Shown piece after piece: positions 1 through 12,636 of a DNA stretch of 59,240 bases (positions are counted from its first letter, which is position 1; the number at the start of each line of letters is the position of its first letter). Location: contig NW_021832547.1 of the NCBI RefSeq assembly GCF_006345805.1, positions 1-59,240 on the forward strand. Direction: 5' to 3'. The notes below the pieces were generated by a model. The model was not told the DNA's origin. It saw nothing but the letters and a program-made list of their open reading frames with translations, and did not search any database. The DNA comes from Octopus sinensis. Taxonomy: Eukaryota. The translations under genes were made by a program, and so were the position numbers.

Positions 1-3000
1 AAAATTATTAAAAATTTTGTTCAAACATCGCTATAGAAAATGGGTATAGCTAATATTCAATTGGGTATACAACAAAATTTTACGAAGAATTTGTTATTCT
101 GGGTAACTTTCTGTAAAATTATTAAAATTTTGTTCAAACATCGCTATAGAAAATGGGTTATTAGCTAATATTCAATTGGGTATACAACAAAATTTGACAA
201 TAGAATTGTTATTCTGGGTAACTTTCTGTAAAATTATTAAAATTTTGTTCACACATCGCTATAGAAAATGGGTTATTAGCTAATATTCAATTGGGTATAC
301 AACAAAATTTACGATTAGAATTTATTCTGGGTAACTTTCTGTAAAATTATTAAAATTTTGTTCAAACATCGCTATAGAAAATGGGTTATTAGCTAATATT
401 CAATTGGGTATACAACAAAATTTTACGATAGAATTTATTCTGGGTAACTTTCTGTAAAATTATTAAAATTTTGTTCAAACATCGCTATAGAAAATGGGTT
501 ATTAGCTAATATTCAATTGGGTATACAACAAAATTTTACGATAGAATTTATTCTGGGTAACTTTCTGTAAAATTATTAAAATTTTGTTCAAACATCGCTA
601 TAGAAAATGGGTTATTAGCTAAAATTCAATTGGGTATACAACAAAATTTGATAATAGAATTTGTTATTCTGGGTAACTTTCTGTAAAATTATTAAAATTT
701 TGTTCAAACATCGCTATAGAAAATGGGTTATTAGCTAATATTCAATTGGGTATACAACAAAATTTGACAATAGAATTTGTTATTCTGGGTAACTTTCTGT
801 AAAATTATTAAAATTTTGTTCAAACATCGCTATAGGAAAATGGGTATTAGCTAATATTCATTGGGTATACAACAAAATTTTACAATAGAATTTGTTATTC
901 AGGGTAACTTTCTGTAAAATTATTAAAATTTTGTTCAAACATCGCTATAGAAAATGGGTTATTAGCTAATATTCAATGGGTATACAACAAAATTTTACGA
1001 TAGAATTTGTATTCTGGGTAACTTCTGTAAAATTATTAAAATTATGTTCAAACATCACTATAGAAAATGGATTATTAGCTAATATTCAATTGGGTATACA
1101 ACAAAATTTTACGATAGAATTTGTTATTCTGGGTAACTTTCTGTAAAATTATTAAAATTTTGTTCAAACATCGCTATAGAAAAGGGGTTATTAGCTAATA
1201 TTCAATTGGGTATACAACAAAATTTTACGATAGAATTGTTATTCTGGGTAACTTTCTGTAAAATTATTAAAATTTTGTTCAAACATCGCTATAGAAAATG
1301 GGTTATTAGCTAATATTCAATGGGGTATACAACAAAATTTTACGATAGATTTTTTATTCTTGGGTAACTTTCTGTAAAATTATTAAAATTTTGTTCAAAC
1401 ATCGCTATAGAAAATGGGTTATTAGCTAAAATTCAATTGGGTATACAACAAAATTTGATAATAGAATTTGTTATTCTGGGTAACTTTCTGTAAAATTATT
1501 AAATTTTGTTCAAACATCGCTATAGAAATGGGTTGGTTATTAGCTAATATTCAATGGGTATACAACAAAATTTTACGATAGAATTTGTTATTCTGGGCAA
1601 CTTTCTGAAAAATTATTAAAATTTTTTTTCAAACATCGCTATAGAAAATGGGTTATTAGCTAATATTCAATTGGGTATACAACAAAATTTTACAATAGAA
1701 TTTGTTATTCAGGGTAACTTTCTGTAAAATTATTAAAATTTTGTTCAAACATCGCTATAGAAAATGGGTTATTAGCTAATATTCAATTGGGTATACAACA
1801 AAATTTTACGATAGAATTTATTCTGGGTAACTTTCTGTAAAATTATTAAAATTTTGTTCAAACATCGCTATAGAAAATGGGTTATTAGCTAATATTCAAT
1901 TGGGTATACAACAAAATTTTACGATAGAATTTATTCTGGGTAACTTTCTGTAAAATTATTAAAATTTTGTTCAAACATCGCTATAGAAAATGGGTTATTA
2001 GCTAAAATTCAATTGGGTATACAACAAATTTATAATAGAATTTGTTATTCTGGGTAACTTTCTGTAAAATTATTAAAATTTTGTTCAAACATCGCTATAG
2101 AAAATGGGTTATTAGCTAATAACTTCATTGGGTATACAACAAAATTTGACAATAGAATTTGTTATTCTGGGTAACTTTCTGTAAAATTATTAAAATTTTG
2201 TTCAAACATCGCTATAGAAAATGGGTTATTAGCTAATATCAATTGGGTATACACAAAATTTTACAATAGAATTTGTTATTCTGGTAACTTTCTGTAAAAT
2301 TATTAAAATTTTGTTCAAACATCGCTATAGAAAATGGGTTATTAGCTAATATTCAATTGGGTATACAACAAAATTTTACGATAGAATTTATATTCTGGGT
2401 AACTTTCTGTAAAATTATTAAAATTATGTTCAAACATCGCTATAGAAAATGGATTATTAGCTAATATTCAATTGGGTATACAACAAAATTTTCACGATAA
2501 TTTGTTATTCTGGGTAACTTTCTGTAAAATTATTAAAATTTTGTTCAAACATCGCTATAGAAAATGGGTTATTAGCTAATATTCAATTGGGTATACAACA
2601 AAATTTTACGATAGAATTTGTTATTCTGGGTAACTTTCTGTAAAATTATTAAAATTTGTTCAAACATCGCTATAGAAAATGGGTTGTTAGCTAATATTCA
2701 ATTGGGTATACAAACAATTTTACGATAGAATTTGTTATTCTGGGTAACTTTCTGTAAAATTATTAAAATTTTGTTTCAAACATCGCTATAGAAAATGGGT
2801 TATTAGCTAATATTCAATTGGGTATACAACAACATTTGACAATAGAATTTGTTATTCTGGGTAACTTTCTGTAAAATTATTAAAATTTTGTTCAAACATC
2901 GCTATAGAAAATGGGTTATTAGCTAATATTCAATTGGGTATACAACAAAATTTTACAATAGAATTTGTTATTCTGGCAACTTTCTGTAAAATTATTAAAA

Positions 3001-5413
3001 TTTTGTTCAAACATCGCTATAGAAAATGGGTTATTAGCTAATATTCAATTGGGTATACAACAAAATTTTACAATAGAATTTGTTATTCTGGGTAACTTTC
3101 TGTAAAATTATTAAATTTTGTTCAAAATCGCTATAGAAATGGGTTATTAGCTAATATTCAATTGGGTATACAACAAAATTTTACGATAGAATTTGTTATT
3201 GTGGGTAACTTTCTGTAAAATTATAAAATTTTGTTCAAACACATCGCTATAGAAAATGGGTTATTAGCTAATATTCAATTGGGCATACAACAAAATTTTA
3301 CGATAGAATTTGTTATTCTGGGTAACTTTCTGTAAAATTATTAAAATTTTGTTCAAACATCGCTATAGAAAATGGGTTATTAGCTAATATTCAATTGGTA
3401 TACAACAAAATTTGACAATAGAATTTGTTATTCTGGGTAACTTTCTGTAAAATTATTAAAATTTTGTTCAAACATCGCTATAGAAAATGGGTTATTAGCT
3501 AATATTCAATTGGGTATACAACAAAATTTTACAATAGAATTTGTTATTCAGGGTAACTTTCTGTAAAATTATTAAAATTTTGTTCAAACATCGCTATAGA
3601 AAATGGGTTATTAGCTAATATTCAATTGGGTATACAACAAAATTTTACGATAGAATTTGATATTCTGGGTAACTTTCTGTAAAATTATTAAAATTATGTT
3701 CAAACATCACTATAGAAAATGGGTTATTAGCTAATATTCAATTGGGTATACAACAAAATTTTACGATAGAATTTGTTATTCTGGGTAACTTTCTGTAAAA
3801 TTATTAAAATTTTGTTCAAACATCGCTATAGAAAATGGGTTATTAGCTAATATTCAATTGGGTATACAACAAAATTTTACGATAGAATTTGTTATTCTGG
3901 GTAACTTTCTGTAAAATTATTAAAATTTTGTTCAAACATCGCTATAGAAAATGGGTTATTAGCTAATATTCAATTGGGTATACAACAAAATTTTACGATA
4001 GAATTTGTTATTCTGGGTAACTTTCTGTAAAATTATTAAAATTTTGTTCAAACATCGCTATAGAAAATGGGTTATTAGCTAATATTCAATTGGGTATACA
4101 ACAAAATTTGATAATAGAATTTGTTATTCTGGGTAACTTTCTGTAAAATTATTAAAATTTTGTTCAAACATCGCTATAGAAAATGGGTTATTAGCTAATA
4201 TTCAATTGGGTATACAACAAAATTTTACGATAGAATTTATTTCGGGTAACTTTCTGTAAAATTATTAAAATTTTGTTCAAACATCGCTATAGAAAATGGG
4301 TTATTAGCTAATATTCAATTGGGTATACAACAAAATTTGACAATAGAATTTGTTATTCTGGGTAACTTTCTGTAAAATTATTAAAATTTTGTTCAAACAT
4401 CGCTATAGAAAATGGGTTATTAGCTAATATTCAATTGGGTATACAACAAAATTTTACAATAGAATTTGTTATTCTGGGTAACTTTCTGTAAAATTATTAA
4501 AATTTTGTTCAAACATCGCTATAGAAAATGGGTTGTTAGCTAATATTCAATTGGGTATACAACAAAATTTTACGATAGAATTTGTTATTCTGGGTAACTT
4601 TCTGTAAAATTATTAAAATTTTGTTCAAACATCGCTATAGAAAATGGGTTATTAGCTAATATTCAATTGGGTATACAACAACATTTTACAATAGAATTTG
4701 TTATTCTGGGTAACTTTCTGTAAAATTATTAAAATTTTGTTCAAACATCGCTATAGAAAATGGGTTATTAGCTAATATTCAATTGGGTATACAACAAAAT
4801 TTGACAATAGAATTTGTTATTCTGGGTAACTTTCTGTAAAATTATTAAAATTTTGTTCAAACATCGCTATAGAAAATGGGTTATTAGCTAATATTCAATT
4901 GGGTATACAACAAAATTTTACGATAGAATTTATTCTGGGTAACTTTCTGTAAAATTATTAAAATTTTGTTCAAACATCGCTATAGAAAATGGGTTATTAG
5001 CTAATATTCAATTGGGTATACAACAAAATTTTACGATAGAATTTGTTATTGTGGGTAACTTTCTGTAAAATTATTAATATTTTGTTCAAACATCGCTATA
5101 GAAAATGGGTTATTAGCTAATATTCAATTGGGCATACAACAAAATTTTACGATAGAATTTGTTATTCTGGGTAACTTTCTGTAAAATTATTAAAATTTTG
5201 TTCAAACATTGCTATAGAAAATGGGTTATTAGCCTATATTCAATTGGGTATACAACAAAATTTTACGATAGAATTTGTTATTCTGGGCAACTTTCTGTAA
5301 AATTATTAAAATTTTGTTCAAACATCGCTATAGAAAATGGGTTATTAGCTAATATTCAATTGGGTATACAACAAAATTTTATAATAGAATTTGTTATTCT
5401 GGGTAACTTTCTG
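1..5413. repeat. 116-bp AT-rich satellite, about 46-47 copies, running off the window start
   Basis: Unit AAAATTATTAAAATTTTGTTCAAACATCGCTATAGAAAATGGGTTATTAGCTAATATTCAATTGGGTATACAACAAAATTTTACGATAGAATTTGTTATTCTGGGTAACTTTCTGT. CTGGGTAACT recurs at 3781 and 3897 (period 116). Confidence 0.98.
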
Positions 5414-5720
5414 ATACCCATAATAATATTTATGGCAAAATAGGCCTTATTTTCATTTAAGGTTGTGGGAAATAACAAACTATCCTTTCTTTCGTTTTGT
5501 TTACGTTTAGCGTAACGTTTCGTTTCTGCCGTAATGATTTCAAATGGGCTCATTATAAAAAGTAAATAGAAATAGTCTAAGGCTTTACTCTCCTGAGAAA
5601 GTCTGTGGCTTGATGCAGTTTCTTCAGAAAAATCACCGAAAGAAACAGTTTTTAAATTTTCACTCCATTCAGGTACCAATTCGTTTTCTTTATCGCTGTC
5701 GGATTCACTGTTTTCACTTT
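5388..5720 (-). pseudogene. piggyBac (PGBD/DDE_Tnp_1_7-like) transposase N-terminal fragment
   Basis: Minus frame reads SENSESDSDKENELVPEWSENLK...ALDYFYLLF...FEIITAETKRYAKRKQ...PTTLNENKAYFAINIIMGIRKLPRITN. An acidic leader, an ETxRYA motif and MGIxKLP are typical of the piggyBac N-terminal region. Confidence 0.8.
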
Positions 5721-6029
5721 AATAGCTGCAAACTTGCAAAGACAAAGGAGGAGTAGGGTGATAGCGTCAGTGAAACAATTCGCTCCCTTTGTGTGTGTGT
5801 GCGTTTGCGTGTGGTGTAAACCACATTAAGAAAAACATTTGACATACACACCAGAATGTGAGTTTCCTGTAAATTTTGCTTAATTGGAGGTTAAATTTTA
5901 AAAACTGGACCTGGCATGACCCGATGCATTCTCCTCTTAAAACTGCTAGGTAAATTGTAATTGTAGAAATCCTATATTGTAGATTTTTATAACTTACAAA
6001 GGGAGGCAGATAAAATCTGCCTTTTATAA
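5713..6029 (-). mobile_element. Helitron-like 5' segment (left arm of a palindrome)
   Basis: Reverse complement of 6030-6356 and homologous to 9911-10157. It lacks the terminal bases of the family 5' end. Confidence 0.55.
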
Positions 6030-6356
6030 TCTCTTATTATAAAAGGCAGATTTTATCTGCCTCCCTTTGGGAGTTATAGAAATCTACAATATAGGATTTC
6101 TTCAATTACAATTTACCTAGCATTTTTAGGAGTAGAATGCATCGGGTCATGCCAGGTCCAGTTTTTAAAATTTAAACTCCAATGAAGCAAAATTTACAGA
6201 AAACTCACATTCTGGTGTGTATGTCAAATGCTTTTCTTAATGTGGTTTACACCACACGCACACGCACACACGCAAAAAGGGAGTGATCTCATTCACTCAC
6301 GCTATCACTCATTTCTGCGACTTTCTCTTTGCACGTTTGCAGCGATTAAAGTGAAA
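6030..6356 (+). mobile_element. Helitron-like 5' segment (right arm of a palindrome)
   Basis: Starts A|TCTCTTATTATAAAAGG (5' TC after A, like the other Helitrons here). Internal hairpin GGCAGA-TTTTA-TCTGCC. No 3' end located. Confidence 0.55.
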
Positions 6357-6977
6357 CTAATTCGATAAAACGAGAGAAGTGTACCTTAAACCACTACTAA
6401 AAAAAAAAAACAGCAAACAGAAACAAATAAATACATAACGATTTACTCCTCACACAATTTCTTCAATTAGAGTGTACCCATGATTTTTCAGAGTACTTCA
6501 GTGGGTGATGCCATAAAAAATTTCTTTCAATTTTACCACCAATTAAGACAAAATTCGAGAAAACTCAATATTTTAACATATCACTCCGAAAGCATTGATG
6601 TACATGTGTGCGTGCGTGAGTGTGTGTGTGTCATTCCTCACACACACACATACACATACATATATGAGAGTGGCAAACACAAACGTTTCAAACAACTACA
6701 TACAAACACGTGTGTGTTTGTTATTAGTAAAAAAGGTGCCAAAATACAACTCACTTATCATTCCAACACATTTGCAAAGACACACAGACGGTGGAATTGC
6801 TATAACAATACAGAAAAGGTAAATTGGTTTTTATTTTACTCTGTATATATTTTATTATATAATATTATATATAGATATATGTATATATAATTGCAGTATG
6901 AAACAGTGTTTATGTATAAACAGACGACACTTATATATAGTTATTATAATAAGAGATTAATAAATGTATGCATCCGT

Positions 6978-7295
6978 TTAACCCTTTCGTTACCAAACCG
7001 CCCGAATTTACCTATTCATATTTAAATGAGAATATCAGAGCAAATCTCTTTAGTACATTCATGAAAACACGTATTATACTTCGTAAACACTTCAACTACA
7101 GTTTTGTACAAAAATCGAAGTGTAATTCTAATTCCGTGAATTATGGGAGATTTTTTTCCAAAATTTGTTCCTATTGTGTTTTCAAAATTTGTAATTCTGA
7201 CAAAAAATGGATACGAATTTCATTATATCAAGCAGCGAGTCAGAATTCGAAGGATTTTCTACTGGAGACCTTCATAAATCTAACTCTATGACTGA
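6978..7295 (+). mobile_element. piggyBac terminus (TTAA target plus TIR), other end not found
   Basis: TTAA at 6978-6981 followed by CCCTTTCGTTACC, the classic TTAA|CCC piggyBac end. Confidence 0.6.
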
Positions 7296-7309
7296 AAAAA
7301 AAAAAAGCA

Positions 7310-7704
7310 TCTTTATATAAGAGTGAAGTTGTGTGTCTGTCTCCTACAATTTAGATTCGTAACTACTCCCACATTTTGCGGTGCAGTTTAACCAAAAGCG
7401 GGTATCTTATAGTCGTGATTCATATCGAGCCCTTCTGGGTATTGGCGTGCGTCTACGATGAGTCTACGATTTAAAAAAAATTTACCATCATATTTTTCCA
7501 TTTTAATGCATTTTTTTCGCTTTTATATAAGGGAAGTAACTCTCTAAAAATATCTACGATGTGTCAACGATTTAAAAAGAAAATTACCTTAATTCTTTTT
7601 CAATTTTTAATGCATTTTTTTGCTATTTTTTGGCTATAACTCTCTAAAAATGCTTATATAGTTATTTCCCTTACAACCCGAGCAACACCGGGCGATACTG
7701 CTAG
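7310..7704 (+). mobile_element. Complete non-autonomous Helitron (H2)
   Basis: 5' A|TCTTTATATAAG; 3' hairpin CCCG-AGCAACAC-CGGG (7677-7692) then CTAG|T; no TSD. Confidence 0.9.
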
Positions 7705-7706
7705 TA

Positions 7707-7707
<1 letters not shown>

Positions 7708-7744
<37 letters not shown>

Positions 7745-7747
7745 GGG

Positions 7748-7813
<66 letters not shown>

Positions 7814-7817
7814 TATA
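7708..7817. repeat. (TA)n microsatellite with one GTATATGGGTATATATAC motif
   Basis: Read directly; motif at about 7739-7756. Confidence 0.97.
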
Positions 7818-8170
7818 CTAGCAGTATCGCCCGGCGTTGCTCGGTTTGTTTCGACCCGCTGGAATGTAATTTTGAAAAGTAAAAATTTTGTGAACATTTT
7901 TCTGGTCAAAATATACCGAAAAGTGGCGACACAGCATTGAAAAAATTGTAAAAAATAGGGATTTTCATAGAAAAAAGCAGCTTTTTGATGTAAATAATTT
8001 TTTGTGTTAACATGGTCCAATTTGAATTTTATGTTCTACGGAAGGAAGAGCAACCCTTCTATCATACTCTCAATTTTGGTCAACTTGCAACGCAGGGTCT
8101 CAGAGGAGATAGTGTTAGTTGAAGGTTACCAAACGTGGTGCACACAGACAACTTCACCTTTATATAGAGA
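7818..8170 (-). mobile_element. Complete non-autonomous Helitron (H3)
   Basis: Minus-strand 5' TCTCTATATAAAGG at 8170; 3' hairpin plus CTAG at 7818-7821, followed by T. Confidence 0.88.
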
Positions 8171-8564
8171 CTAGCAGTATCGCCCGGCGTTGCTCGGGTT
8201 TGTAAGGGAAATAATTATATAAGCATTTTTAGAGATGTAAAGTATAATAGCCATCTCAATATGGCTAACCACAAAGGGGGAGGGGTGTTACTGTAGCGTT
8301 TTACGTTCTGAGATTTAATAATAAATTTTAGAGAGTTACTTCCCCTATATATGTCAAAAATGGATTAAAAATGGGAAAAATTGATGGTAAATTTTTTTTA
8401 AATCGTAGACTGATCGTAGACGCGCGCTAATACCCAGAAGGGCTCGTTATGAATCACGACTATAAGATACCCGGTTTTGGTTAAACTGCACCGCAAAATG
8501 TGGGAGTAGCTAGGAATCTAAATCGTAGGAGACAGACACACAACCTCACTTTTATATATAAAGA
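8171..8564 (-). mobile_element. Complete non-autonomous Helitron (H4, same family as H2)
   Basis: Minus 5' A|TCTTTATATATAAAAGTGAGGTTGTGTGTCTGTCTCC; 3' CCCGAGCAACGCCGGG hairpin plus CTAG at 8171-8174. Confidence 0.9.
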
Positions 8565-8630
8565 TTTCCTCTATTTACATAATATTGAGGTCTCTTTCTT
8601 TCTTTTGTTATCTTACTGTTTTTACCAATA
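8565..8630 (+). mobile_element. Penelope-like terminal fragment
   Basis: Near-identical reverse complement of 33581-33642, which is part of the inverted terminus of the GIY-YIG element. Confidence 0.65.
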
Positions 8631-8647
8631 TACATATATATATATAT

Positions 8648-8711
<64 letters not shown>

Positions 8712-8782
8712 TTATATAGTTACAGAGATGTACTTGCATAGCAAGTGACTTGATCTGAGATCGTGTGCTGGAACGAAAACAG

Positions 8783-9029
8783 TTGCAGCGTTGAAGGTTT
8801 TTAAGCCATTTAAGAAACACACAAAAACTTAGATTCACTTCAACATTTAAATTTAATTTGTCAAAATATTTTCGTCGCTTTGAGACCGCGACCTGTTAGC
8901 ACGATATTTTTGTCAGTGAACAGGTCGCGGTCTCAAAGCGAGGAAGATATTTTGGCAAATTAAATTTAAATGTTGAAGTGAATCTAACGGTTTTTGTGTG
9001 TTTCTAAATGGCTTACAAACACGCTGCAA
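8783..9029. repeat. About 110-bp-arm inverted repeat, probably an inverted Penelope-like pLTR
   Basis: TTGCAGCG...GCGACCTGTT / AACAGGTCGC...CGCTGCAA with a spacer of about 20 bp. Confidence 0.75.
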
Positions 9030-9084
9030 TATATATATAATGTATGTATGTGTTGTATATGTGTATGCATGTATGTGTGTGGTG

Positions 9085-9306
9085 TGTGTGTCGGTGCTGG
9101 TGATTGTCCTCCACCACTGCTTGACAACGAATGTTGGTTTGTTTACATCCCTGTCACCTAGTGGTTTGACAAAGAAACAGATAGAATAAGTACAATGCTT
9201 ACAAAAATAAAACTGTAGTTGATTCATTAAACTACAATTCTTCAAGGCATTGCCCCAGCATGGCCACAGACCAATGGCTGGAAAAAGCAGAAGAATAAAA
9301 GAATAC
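9085..9306 (+). mobile_element. SINE 3' portion with a CR1-like tail
   Basis: 9246-9284 aligns with the 3' terminus of the CR1-like LINE (18141-18179, minus), including an exact CAGCATGGCCACAG. An A-rich tail follows. The SINE assignment of the upstream part rests on recollection. Confidence 0.55.
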
Positions 9307-9371
9307 ATTCTCTGCTTTGGTCTTATGTTCAAGGCATGAGAAAGCTTGAGTTTACATGAGAAGGCCTAACA

Positions 9372-9631
9372 GACCTGGTAGAAACAGCAGCCAAATCTCC
9401 CTCAAATCACACCTTACTGTCTATGTATGTATATATATATGAGCCAATGAGGGGGACCTCTACATGATAGCTAGACCTGGTAGAAATAGCAGCCAAATTT
9501 CCCCCAAATCACACCTTACTGTCTTATCTATGTATATATGTATGTATGAGCCTATGAGGGAGACCCCTACATGGCAGCTAGACATGGTAGAAATAGCAGC
9601 CAAATCTCCCTCAAATCACACCTTACTGTCT
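9372..9631 (+). repeat. Three tandem copies (period about 105 bp) of AGACCTGGTAGAAATAGCAGCCAAATCTCCCTCAAATCACACCTTACTGTC plus TA/TG microsatellite
   Basis: Copies near 9376, 9473 and 9581. Confidence 0.85.
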
Positions 9632-9652
9632 TATGTATGTATATATAATATA

Positions 9653-9690
<38 letters not shown>

Positions 9691-9910
9691 AGCCACTACG
9701 GTTATTTAATGTAAAGTCTTCCTCAAATCACTCTCGCTATTTACTCTCTTCAAGAACATTTTCACTCACTCTTATCTCTTAGCTTGCCATACATTTTACT
9801 CATGTATCTATCAGCGTGATAGACAGAAACAAATATTACATCGCCATCGCATTCTATTATCTACCTGTCAACACACACACAGTGAATTACTTTCATTTTA
9901 TTCGTTGCAC

Positions 9911-10157
9911 ACTGTGTGTGTGCGTGTGCGTGTGGTGTAAACCACATTAAGAAAAGCATTTGACATACACACCAGAATGTGAGTTTTCTGTAAATTTTGC
10001 TTAATTGGAGTTTAAATTTTAAAAACTGAACCTGGCATGACTCGATGCATTCTACTCTTAAAAATGCTAGGTAAATTGTAATTGAAGAAATCCTATATTG
10101 TAGATTTCTATAACTGACAAAGGGAGGCAGATAAAATCTGCCTTTTATAATAAGAGA
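9911..10157 (-). mobile_element. Helitron-like 5' segment abutting (TA)n (H5)
   Basis: Minus 5' end A|TCTCTTATTATAAAAGGCAG at 10157; homologous to 6030-6270. Confidence 0.6.

Positions 10158-12634
<2,477 letters not shown>

Positions 12635-12636
<2 letters not shown>

Noticed and set aside
6360-6960. ORFs 6480-6890 and 6595-6822 as host exons
   Set aside because: Low-complexity GT/CA-driven frames with no domain and no convincing exon structure.
6978-6994. piggyBac terminus as the 5' end of the transposase fragment at 5388-5720
   Set aside because: It faces away from the fragment (wrong orientation), so it belongs to another insertion.
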